A DNA stretch of 24,000 nucleotides from Derxia gummosa DSM 723. Lineage in GTDB: Bacteria; Pseudomonadota; Gammaproteobacteria; Burkholderiales; Burkholderiaceae_E. Shown one piece after another: positions 8,832 to 16,682 of the stretch. The DNA is taken from assembly GCF_000482785.1 (NCBI RefSeq), contig NZ_AXWS01000013.1, positions 205,708 to 229,707 on the forward strand, written 5' to 3'. The notes beneath the pieces were generated by a model. The model did no database searches. It was not told the origin of the DNA and saw only the letters and a program-made list of their open reading frames with translations. The position numbers were made by a program, and so were the translations under genes. Every line of letters starts with the position of its first letter. Positions within the stretch are counted from its first letter, which is position 1.

Positions 8832-8861
8832 GGTCTTGTCTCCTCGCGCCGGCGGTGCCGG

Positions 8862-9131
8862 TCAGTCGTTCCAGTGCAGCGTGAATTCGTCCTCGGTCTC
8901 GTCCACATGGCCCGAGAGCGAGATGAGGTGGACCTGCATTTCCTGCAGGTCGTAGTCGCGGCCGATCTTTTCCTCGACGGTCTCGCGGCGCAGCACAAGG
9001 CGGCCGGGCACGTCGATCTTCACCATCGCGGGCTGGTGGTTGACGATGGCCGTGGGGTTGTCATCGACGATCGCCTCGACGATGGCGCGGCTGTCCTCGT
9101 TGGCCTGGAGGACGATGAATACGTTCGACAT
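8862..9131 (-). CDS. dmpM: Phenol hydroxylase component P2 (cofactorless regulatory/coupling protein)
   Basis: 89 aa starting MSNVFIVLQANEDSRAIVEAIVDDNPTAIV, with MmoB/DmpM family size and position. The upstream part of the 168-aa track ORF is non-coding-like. Confidence 0.9.
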   Translation of the reverse strand: MSNVFIVLQANEDSRAIVEAIVDDNPTAIVNHQPAMVKIDVPGRLVLRRETVEEKIGRDYDLQEMQVHLISLSGHVDETEDEFTLHWND

Positions 9132-9141
9132 GGGGCGCCCT

Positions 9142-10137
9142 TCAGACGGTGAGGCCGAGCTTCGCGGCGCGGCTTGCAAAGGTTTGCGCGACGGTGGCGA
9201 GCACCTCGGCGGAGTCGTCGCCGAAGGCGGAGGCGGCGACCGGCTCCAGCGCGGCCAGCGCGCGGTCGCGCCAGGCGGCGGTCCATTGCGAGAGCAGCGC
9301 GCGATTGGCGTCGGATTCGGCGGCGGCGGTCTTGACCACCGCGTCGACCCACTTGCCGGTCTCGGCAAACCAGTCGGTCATGAAGGCGGTGAGCATCGTG
9401 ACGGCGGCACTGCCGCGTTGCGGATAGCGCTTGTCCACCGCCTCGATGTAGGCGAGCGGATAGAGCAGCCCGTCGAGCACGAGGTTCTGCGCGACGAACA
9501 GCTCGAACCAGTCGCGCTGTACCAGCAGGTTCTCGACCAGCCGGCGCAGCGGCTGCCAGCGCGGCGCCTCCAGCCATTCGCGCTTGGCGACCGCGAGCGA
9601 CTCCACATCGCCGAGCAGCAGGCCGAGGCGGGTGAGGTATTGCGCGATGCCGAGGTTGTCCATCGCGTGATACATCGCGGCCTGCGTGAGCACCGTGCCG
9701 TAGCCGTCGGCGCAGATGCCGCAGTTGTTGAGGTCGGCGGCCCAGGCCACATGGCGCAGCGGCAGCAGCAGGCCGAGCGCGTCGTCGCGCAGCTCGGGCG
9801 ACAACAGCGCCGCCAGCCCGCGCGACTCGACGAACTCGAAGCTCGCCTCGGCCGCCTCCTGCTGGCGCGCGCGGGCCTGGGTGTAGCTGCCGTAATAGAA
9901 CTGGCGCGGGTCCTTGAGCGCGTACCAGTCGGCCATGACGATCGCGGTGCGGCGCGCGTCATACAGCTCGCGCTGCGGGTCCCAGCTCGGGCGGTAGTGG
10001 AAGTTATGCGTGGGCTGGAGGTCGTAGCTGCCTTCCTGGTAGCGGCTCGGCTGCTTGTTGGCGCCGAAGCGGCGCGCCAGATGGTCGAAGGCCAGGCGCT
10101 TCGGCTCGATGGCGACGGTGCGGAGATCGATCTGCAC
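9142..10137 (-). CDS. dmpL: Phenol hydroxylase component P1 (beta subunit)
   Basis: 331 aa with ..RRFGANKQPSRYQEGSYDLQPTHNFHYRPSWDP.., colinear with DmpL. The GTG start at 10137 has an AGAGGA RBS. Confidence 0.93.
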   Translation of the reverse strand: MQIDLRTVAIEPKRLAFDHLARRFGANKQPSRYQEGSYDLQPTHNFHYRPSWDPQRELYDARRTAIVMADWYALKDPRQFYYGSYTQARARQQEAAEASFEFVESRGLAALLSPELRDDALGLLLPLRHVAWAADLNNCGICADGYGTVLTQAAMYHAMDNLGIAQYLTRLGLLLGDVESLAVAKREWLEAPRWQPLRRLVENLLVQRDWFELFVAQNLVLDGLLYPLAYIEAVDKRYPQRGSAAVTMLTAFMTDWFAETGKWVDAVVKTAAAESDANRALLSQWTAAWRDRALAALEPVAASAFGDDSAEVLATVAQTFASRAAKLGLTV

Positions 10138-10235
10138 GGAGGTCCTCTTGGGGGTGGGGCGTTTGGGGGATGCGGTCGGGCGCGCCCCGGCCGAATGCGG
10201 ACGGACCGCCCGGCCGGTGCTCGCGCGGCGCGGGT

Positions 10236-10514
10236 TCAGGCGCCCGGCAGGCGGGCGTCGCTCAGGCGCCAGTCGAGGGCGCGGGCGTCGGGAAGCGGGG
10301 CGTCGGCCGGGCCGGCAGACGCGGTCTCGGGCGCGAGAAAGCTCACCCGGTTGACCGAGCAGAACTCGTCGAAGGCGGCGCTGCCGAGCAGCATCTCGAC
10401 GAAGATTTCCGGCTCGCCGACCGCGAAGTCGAACTCGACGAAGCCGTCGGCGCGCAGCCGGCGTACGCGCACGTACTTGCGCGCCGGATCGAAGGCGGGC
10501 ACGGCGCGGCTCAC
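10236..10514 (-). CDS. dmpK: Phenol hydroxylase component P0 (DmpK-like assembly protein)
   Basis: The sequence FDPARKYVRVRRLRADGFVEFDFAVGEPEIFVEMLLGSAAFDEFC matches the DmpK family core. The proposed GTG start at 10514 overlaps the ferredoxin stop (GTGA) and gives 92 aa. The start codon is inferred. Confidence 0.8.
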   Translation of the reverse strand: MSRAVPAFDPARKYVRVRRLRADGFVEFDFAVGEPEIFVEMLLGSAAFDEFCSVNRVSFLAPETASAGPADAPLPDARALDWRLSDARLPGA

Positions 10515-10846
10515 GACATCACCTCGGCGGTCGCGCGGCGACAGGCGTTCTTTTCCAGCCCGCCGACCACGCGCACGACGAGCGGCCCGGCCGGATAGGT
10601 GCAGCAGGCGAGCAGCCGGCGCGCGCGCCGGTCGTCGTCGCCGACATGGGCGGCGCTCATGCGCGAGGTCGCGCAATCACCCGCCACCACCTCGACCTTG
10701 CACACGCCGCAGCCGCCGCCGCGGCAGCCGAGCGGAATGCCGCGCTTGCCCATGCGGGCCATGCCGACAAGCACGGATTCGCCCGCCTGGCATTCATAGG
10801 TTTCGCCGGTATTGGCGATCGTCACCTGGTGTCTCTGGCTCTGCAT
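10511..10846 (-). CDS. XylT/DmpQ-like plant-type [2Fe-2S] ferredoxin
   Basis: 111 aa with ..GKRGIPLGCRGGGCGVCKVEVVAGD...MSAAHV...LACC.., which parallels XylT (IPVGCRGGGCGLCRVRVLSG...MSRGHV). A GAGGAGG RBS lies 7 nt upstream of the ATG at 10846. Confidence 0.88.
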   Translation of the reverse strand: MQSQRHQVTIANTGETYECQAGESVLVGMARMGKRGIPLGCRGGGCGVCKVEVVAGDCATSRMSAAHVGDDDRRARRLLACCTYPAGPLVVRVVGGLEKNACRRATAEVMS

Positions 10847-10877
10847 GGCCGCGCCTCCTCGTTGTGGCGGCGGCTAT

Positions 10878-10893
10878 CGCAGCGGCTGTGCCA
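10878..10893 (-). promoter_or_regulatory. Candidate sigma-54 promoter of the ferredoxin-dmpKLMNOP operon
   Basis: The minus strand reads TGGCAC-agccg-CTGCG (GG-N10-GC spacing) and ends 32 nt upstream of the ATG at 10846. Orientation is correct and the site is intergenic. Confidence 0.6.
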
Positions 10894-11006
10894 TTTGACG
10901 CAAGTCACTGAATCGAAAGGAATCTTCCGCCGCGCGACGACTCCGGCGGCGTCATGCGCTTGACGCTTGCGCCAAGCGTGGCGCCGCCGCTTCACCAAAA
11001 CGTCGA

Positions 11007-11042
11007 GCTGCAACGCAGCAAGCGCGTTCGGCCGGCTGCCCG
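11007..11042. promoter_or_regulatory. Composite upstream element E1 (GCTGCAACGCAGCAAGC ... GGCTGCCCG), candidate enhancer-binding-protein site
   Basis: The palindrome GCTGC-aac-GCAGC is centred at 11013, 120 bp from the -24 box of the monooxygenase promoter. The 17-mer is 15/17 identical to the one at 11214-11230. Confidence 0.4.
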
Positions 11043-11188
11043 GCGCGCACCGACCTCGGCACCGGCCGGCGCCGGCTTCGGGTTGGCCCGGATGGCAGCG
11101 CGCGGCCCCGCGCGCGTCGCCCCGCCGGACCGAGGGATAGTCCCGAGCCGGACCGCGCGCCCGCGCCGCCCGCGTCTTGCGCCGCGCC

Positions 11189-11202
11189 TGACGTAAACGT
11201 CA
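11189..11202. promoter_or_regulatory. Perfect palindrome TGACGTaaACGTCA
   Basis: 6-2-6 perfect inverted repeat, 12 bp upstream of element E2 and about 135 bp upstream of the sfnB1 -24 box. Confidence 0.3.
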
Positions 11203-11213
11203 ATTCCCATGCC

Positions 11214-11240
11214 GCTGCTTCGCAGCAAGCAGGCTGCCCG
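11214..11240. promoter_or_regulatory. Composite upstream element E2 (GCTGCTTCGCAGCAAGC-a-GGCTGCCCG)
   Basis: The palindrome GCTGC-ttc-GCAGC is centred at 11220, 114 bp upstream of TGGCAC at 11334. It shares the 17-mer and the 9-mer GGCTGCCCG with E1. Confidence 0.4.
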
Positions 11241-11333
11241 CAACCCAGCAGCCAAGTCGGGCCGTCTGCTTTCCAAACAGCACTCGCCACGCGACAAATC
11301 AGCAATTCCGCCCGCTTTGCCGTCGCCAGCCCG

Positions 11334-11349
11334 TGGCACGCCATCTGCA
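11334..11349 (+). promoter_or_regulatory. Candidate sigma-54 promoter of the sfnB-sfnR unit
   Basis: TGGCAC-gccat-CTGCA with exact GG-N10-GC spacing, 42 nt upstream of the ATG at 11391. The GTG at 11352 used by the ORF track would lie at or upstream of the expected transcription start. Confidence 0.6.
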
Positions 11350-11390
11350 CTGTGCTGCCACTCGATCAGCAAGCCGATGCGGAATCACCG

Positions 11391-12623
11391 ATGCCACGCT
11401 CCACCGTCCTGTCCTCCCGTCCCGCCGAGTCCGATGTGCCGCAGACCAGCCGTGCCGGCTCGCTCGCCGACGTGGACACGGTCGTCGCCGAACTGGTCGC
11501 CTGCTTCGCCGAAAGCGCGCCGATGCGCGACCTGCTCGGCGGCACGCCCAAGCTCCAGCGCGACCAGCTGCGCGCGAGCGGCCTGCTCGGCCTGACCATC
11601 CCGGTCGAACTCGGTGGCCTCGGCGGCAGCTGGTCGCTCGCGCTCGATGTCGTGCGCCGCTTCGCGCGCGTCGACAGCTCGGTCGCCCATCTGTTCGCCT
11701 TCCATCACCTGATGCTCGCCACGGCGCGCCTGTTCGGCCACGCCGGGCAATGGCAGCCCTGGTTCCGCCAGACCGCGCGGCTCGACTGGTTCTGGGGCAA
11801 TGCGCTCAATCCGCTCGACCGGCGCACGCTGTGTCGCCGGCACGAGGGCTGGAACGAGTTCTCGGGCCGCAAGAGCTTCTGCTCCGGCGCGCTCGATTCC
11901 GAGATGCTCATCGTCTCGGGCTATACCGAGGACGAGGGCCGGCTCGTGGTCGCGGCCGTGCCGACCGCGCGCTCGGGCATCGCCGTGCTGCACGACTGGG
12001 ACAACATCGGGCAGCGCCAGACCGACAGTGGCAGCGTCGATTTCGAGCGCGTGCGCGTCGATGACGCCGAGCTGCTGCGCGACCCCGGCCCGCTCACCAC
12101 GCCGCGCTCCTGCCTGCGCCCGCTCGTGGCCCAGCTCATCCTCACCAACATCTATGTCGGCATCGCCGAGGGCGCCTACGAGGAAGCGCGGCGCTACACG
12201 CTGCGCGAGGCCCGGCCCTGGCACGCGGCCGGCTTCGAGCATGCCGACGACGATCCCTATGTGCTCGGGCATTTCGGCGAGTTCTTCATCGGCCTCGAAT
12301 CGCTGCGCCTGCTGGCCGACCGCGCCGGCGCCCATCTCGACCGCGCGCTCGAACGCGGCGTCGAGCTGTCGGTGGAAGAGCGCGGCGCGCTCGCGCTCGA
12401 CATCGCCTGCGCGAAGGTGGCCGCGACGCGCACCGGCCTCGACATCTGCAACCGGCTGTTCGAGGCCACCGGCGCGCGCTCGACGCACGCCGCGCTCGGT
12501 CTCGACCGTCACTGGCGCAACCTGCGCACGCACACGCTTCACGACCCCGTGCAATACAAGGTGCGCGAGCTCGGCGAATGGGCGCTCAAGGGACGCCTGC
12601 CCGCGCCGAGCTTCTATTCCTGA
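11391..12623 (+). CDS. SfnB/DszC/MsuC-family (acyl-CoA-dehydrogenase fold) sulfur-acquisition flavin oxidoreductase, paralogue 1
   Basis: 410 aa from MPRSTVLSS. It contains ..WFWGNALNPLD..GRKSFCSGALDSEMLIVSG..LHDWDNIGQRQTDSGSV..LDRHWRNLRTHTLHDP..GRLPAPSFYS, typical of the SfnB family. The start was chosen relative to the sigma-54 promoter. Confidence 0.9.
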   Translation: MPRSTVLSSRPAESDVPQTSRAGSLADVDTVVAELVACFAESAPMRDLLGGTPKLQRDQLRASGLLGLTIPVELGGLGGSWSLALDVVRRFARVDSSVAHLFAFHHLMLATARLFGHAGQWQPWFRQTARLDWFWGNALNPLDRRTLCRRHEGWNEFSGRKSFCSGALDSEMLIVSGYTEDEGRLVVAAVPTARSGIAVLHDWDNIGQRQTDSGSVDFERVRVDDAELLRDPGPLTTPRSCLRPLVAQLILTNIYVGIAEGAYEEARRYTLREARPWHAAGFEHADDDPYVLGHFGEFFIGLESLRLLADRAGAHLDRALERGVELSVEERGALALDIACAKVAATRTGLDICNRLFEATGARSTHAALGLDRHWRNLRTHTLHDPVQYKVRELGEWALKGRLPAPSFYS

Positions 12624-12647
12624 TCCGCCGTTTCCTCAGGAGCACCC

Positions 12648-13763
<1,116 letters not shown>

Positions 13764-13833
13764 CCGGGCGGCGGCGCAGGCCGGTCTGCTTGCGCTGATC
13801 CGCTCGTGCCGGCCCGCGCCGCGCAGCGCGTCA

Positions 13834-13849
13834 CGCGCCACGTGGCGCG
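13834..13849. terminator. Perfect 16-bp palindrome CGCGCCACGTGGCGCG between convergent genes (possible bidirectional terminator)
   Basis: Lies in the 133-bp gap between the sfnR stop (13763) and the convergent SfnB-2 stop (13897). No U-tract follows it. Confidence 0.3.
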
Positions 13850-13866
13850 GCGGGCTCCGGCGCGGC

Positions 13867-13886
13867 AGCGGGCACCAGCGCCCGCT
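13867..13886. terminator. GC-rich hairpin AGCGGGC-accagc-GCCCGCT just downstream of SfnB-2
   Basis: 7-bp stem and 6-nt loop, 10 nt past the stop of the minus-strand gene. No U-tract follows it. Confidence 0.3.
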
Positions 13887-13896
13887 CGACCATCAC

Positions 13897-15111
13897 TCAG
13901 GAATAGAACGACGGCGCCGGATAGCGGTCGTTGAGCGCCCAGTTGCCCAGCTCGCGCAGCTTCATGTCGAGCGGGTCGTGCAGGGTCTGCACGCGCACGT
14001 TGCGCCAGAAGCGGTCGAGCCTGAGCGCCGCCGTCGTGGCGCGCGCGCCCGCGACCTCGAAGATGCGGCTCGTGAGTTCGAGCGCGAGCCGCGTGGTCGT
14101 GACCTTGGCGGTCGCGACCGCGAGCGCGACCTCGCCGCGTCCGGCCTCGTCGAGCGTCTCGGCGCGCGCCCAGGCCTCGTCGAGCCGGTCGGCGGCGCGG
14201 TCGGTCAGCACGCGGCCGGCTTCGAGCGCGGCGAAGTAGTCGCCGTAGTGGCGAAGGATGTACGGATCCTCCAGCACCGTCGGGCCGGCCGAGCCGGGCC
14301 ACAGCCGCGTCTGCTCGCGCGTGTAGCCGCGCGCCGCCTCGACCGCGCCCTCGGCCTGGGCCAGGAAGACGTTGCAGAACACGAGCTGGGCGATGAGCGG
14401 ACGCAGGCATGCGAAGGGCGTGCTGAGCGGGCCGGGGTCGAGCAGCAGCTCGTCGTCGGCGATGAACAGGCCGTCGAGCACCGCGCCGCCGCTGTCGGTC
14501 TGGCGCTGGCCGATGTTGTTCCAGTCGTCGAGCAGACGGATGCCGGCGCGCCGCGTCGGCACCGCGCCGATCACCAGCCCGCCCTCGGGCTTGTGGCCCG
14601 ACACGATGAGCATGTCGGAATCGGTCGCGCCCGAGCAGAAGCTCTTGCGCCCGTCGAAGCGGCGCCCGCCCGGCACCGCCTCGGCCACCGTGCGCGTGTC
14701 GAGCGGGTTGAGCGCATTGCCCCAGAACCAGCGGTTGGCGGCGGTCTGCTCGAACCACGGCTGCCATTGCGCCGGCCGCGCGAACAGCCGCACCGTCGCG
14801 AGCAGCAGATGCTGGAAGCCGTAGACATGGCCGAGCGAGCTGTCGGCGCGCGCGATCGTGCGCACGGTGTCGAGCGTCGTGCGCCAGTCGGCGCCCTGGC
14901 CGCCGAACTCGCCCGGAATCGCGAGCGCGAGCAGGCCGCTGGCGCGCAGCGCGTCGCGCTCGGCCCTGGCGGTGCCGCCGGCCTCGTCGCGCGCGGCGGC
15001 CGTGGCCGCGAAGCCCGCGGCAAGCCGCGCCGCCACCGCGCGCGGAGTGTTGTCGTCCGGCGCCGGGCGCGGGTCGCGCGCCGCCGGCTCCGGCTTGCTG
15101 AGATCGTCCAT
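13897..15111 (-). CDS. SfnB/DszC/MsuC-family sulfur-acquisition flavin oxidoreductase, paralogue 2
   Basis: Colinear with paralogue 1 (..WFWGNALNPLD..GRKSFCSGATDSDMLIVSG..LDDWNNIGQRQTDSGG..LDRFWRNVRVQTLHDP..DRYPAPSFYS). Three in-frame ATGs lie at 15132, 15117 and 15111. I prefer 15111 (GGGA 6 nt upstream, and downstream of the predicted sigma-54 transcription start). The 468-aa track ORF is over-extended. Confidence 0.9.
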   Translation of the reverse strand: MDDLSKPEPAARDPRPAPDDNTPRAVAARLAAGFAATAAARDEAGGTARAERDALRASGLLALAIPGEFGGQGADWRTTLDTVRTIARADSSLGHVYGFQHLLLATVRLFARPAQWQPWFEQTAANRWFWGNALNPLDTRTVAEAVPGGRRFDGRKSFCSGATDSDMLIVSGHKPEGGLVIGAVPTRRAGIRLLDDWNNIGQRQTDSGGAVLDGLFIADDELLLDPGPLSTPFACLRPLIAQLVFCNVFLAQAEGAVEAARGYTREQTRLWPGSAGPTVLEDPYILRHYGDYFAALEAGRVLTDRAADRLDEAWARAETLDEAGRGEVALAVATAKVTTTRLALELTSRIFEVAGARATTAALRLDRFWRNVRVQTLHDPLDMKLRELGNWALNDRYPAPSFYS

Positions 15112-15149
15112 TGACATTCCCGGTCTGTTCATCGAAACGCCGGTCGATT

Positions 15150-15165
15150 CGCAGTTCCTGTGCCA
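15150..15165 (-). promoter_or_regulatory. Candidate sigma-54 promoter of SfnB paralogue 2
   Basis: The minus strand reads TGGCAC-aggaa-CTGCG, intergenic and in the correct orientation, about 35-40 nt upstream of the preferred start. Confidence 0.6.
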
Positions 15166-15193
15166 GCACCGGCGGGGCTGCCGGCATGGCGAT

Positions 15194-15314
15194 GACCGGG
15201 CCGTCACGGCATGCGCGTGCAAGCGTATGCAGGACCTGCTGATGACCGGGCAGCAAGCCGCTGATGCGCTGCTTCCCAGCCAGCAATCGCGCCCTTCCGG
15301 CAACCGGACCGGGC
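15194..15314. repeat. Three copies of GACCGGGC (two inside an 11-mer GATGACCGGGC) at 50- and 63-bp spacing
   Basis: GACCGGGC occurs at 15194-15201, 15244-15251 and 15307-15314. A partial ACCGGG copy is at 15338-15343. All lie in the sfnB2/sfnG1 divergent region. Confidence 0.45.
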
Positions 15315-15468
15315 CCCGTCAGCGCCATAACCACATCACCGGGTGTTTGCGCGGCAGCAGGCTGCGGCCGGCGGATGCCGCCCATCGAAGGTGAACCGAC
15401 AGGCAATTGCCGCCCATGGCCGGCGGATCGATGGCTGCGGGCGGCTTTGGCGCGCGCAGCCGCCGCGA

Positions 15469-15484
15469 TGGCATGCGCGCTGCT
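15469..15484 (+). promoter_or_regulatory. Candidate sigma-54 promoter of the sfnG-ABC transporter operon
   Basis: TGGCAT-gcgcg-CTGCT with GG-N10-GC spacing, 77 nt upstream of the ATG at 15562. Confidence 0.55.
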
Positions 15485-15561
15485 ATTCCAGTCGGGGCAA
15501 GGGCAGTCCGGCAGCCGCCGGCGAGCCATCCGAGCATTTCATTCGCACAGGAGAAGACTTC

Positions 15562-16668
15562 ATGAGCCAGACCAGCACGCGCCCCGAGGCCGACATCAAG
15601 TTCGCCTACTGGGTGCCCAACGTGAGCGGCGGCCTCGTGGTCAGCAAGATCGAGCAGCGCACGCACTGGGGCATCGAGTACAACACCCGCCTCGCCCAGA
15701 CCGCCGAACAGGCCGGCTTCGACTACGCGCTGAGCCAGATCCGCTTCACCGCCGGCTACGGCGCCGAGTACCAGCACGAATCGGTGTCGTTCAGCCAGGC
15801 GCTGCTGCATGCGACCAGCAAGCTCAAGGTGCTCGCGGCCATCCTGCCCGGCCCCTGGCATCCGGCCGTCGTGGCCAAGCAGCTCAGCACCATCGACCAT
15901 CTCACCAACGGCCGCATCGCGATCAACGTGGTGAGCGGCTGGTTCCGCGGCGAGTTCCACGCGATCGGCGAACCCTGGCTCGACCATGACGAACGCTATC
16001 GCCGCAGCGAGGAATTCATCCGCGCGCTGCGCGGCATCTGGACCACCGACAAGTTCAGCTTCCACGGCGACTTCTACCGCTTTCACGACTACACGCTGCA
16101 ACCCAAGCCGCTGTCGCAGCCGCATCCGGAAATCTTCCAGGGCGGCAGCTCGCGCGCCGCGCGCGACATGGCCGCGCGCGTGTCCGACTGGTACTTCACC
16201 AACGGCAACACGCCCGACAAGCTCAAGGCCCAGATCGACGACATCCAGGCCAAGGCCGCGCAGAACGGCCGCTACGTGAAGATCGGCGTCAACGCCTTCG
16301 TGATCGCGCGCGACACCGAGGAGGAGGCGAAGGCCGTGCTGGCCGAGATCATCGCCAAGGCCGACCCCGAGGCCGTCAACGCCTTCGGCGACGCGGTCAA
16401 GCAGGCCGGCCAGGCCTCGCCCGAGCGCGAGGGCAACTGGGCCACCTCCACCTTCGAGGACCTCGTCCAGTACAACGACGGCTTCCGCACCAACCTCATC
16501 GGCACGCCGCAACAGATCGCCGAGCGCATCGTCGCGCTCAAGGCCATCGGCGTGGACCTCGTGCTCTGCGGCTTCCTGCACTTCATCGAGGAGGTCGAGT
16601 ACTTCGGCAGGAAGGTGCTGCCGCTGGTGCGCGAACTCGAAGCGCAACGCGCGCTCGTCGCCGCCTGA
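15562..16668 (+). CDS. sfnG: FMNH2-dependent dimethylsulfone monooxygenase SfnG-like (luciferase-like monooxygenase class)
   Basis: The internal ATG with a GGAGAA RBS gives 368 aa: MSQTSTRPEADIKFAYWVPNVSGGLVVS...NVVSGWFRGEF...DERYRRSEEFIRALRGIW..., the SfnG-family pattern. Confidence 0.9.
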   Translation: MSQTSTRPEADIKFAYWVPNVSGGLVVSKIEQRTHWGIEYNTRLAQTAEQAGFDYALSQIRFTAGYGAEYQHESVSFSQALLHATSKLKVLAAILPGPWHPAVVAKQLSTIDHLTNGRIAINVVSGWFRGEFHAIGEPWLDHDERYRRSEEFIRALRGIWTTDKFSFHGDFYRFHDYTLQPKPLSQPHPEIFQGGSSRAARDMAARVSDWYFTNGNTPDKLKAQIDDIQAKAAQNGRYVKIGVNAFVIARDTEEEAKAVLAEIIAKADPEAVNAFGDAVKQAGQASPEREGNWATSTFEDLVQYNDGFRTNLIGTPQQIAERIVALKAIGVDLVLCGFLHFIEEVEYFGRKVLPLVRELEAQRALVAA

Positions 16669-16682
16669 GCCGGGAGCGCCGC

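Noticed and set aside
7374-10911. Long plus-strand ORFs 7374..9152 (592 aa) and 9040..10911 (623 aa)
   Set aside because: They run antisense to dmpN, M, L, K and the ferredoxin. The sequence is low-complexity and rich in R, A, G, V, L, D, E and H, with no domain signature. The opposite strand carries unmistakable diiron monooxygenase subunits.
11298-11310. AATCAGCAATTCC as an IHF site between element E2 and the sfnB sigma-54 promoter
   Set aside because: The position (about -55) is right for IHF, but the match to WATCARNNNNTTR fails at the last two conserved positions. It is too weak to call from sequence alone.
10847-11390. Possible remnant of a deleted dmpR-type regulator gene, or small ORFs (10954..11196, 10952..11350, 10992..11372, 11209..11595) in the divergent region
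   Set aside because: None of the six-frame translations shows V4R, AAA+ (GAFTGA, Walker) or HTH remnants or coding-like composition. The region is better explained as promoter and enhancer DNA.
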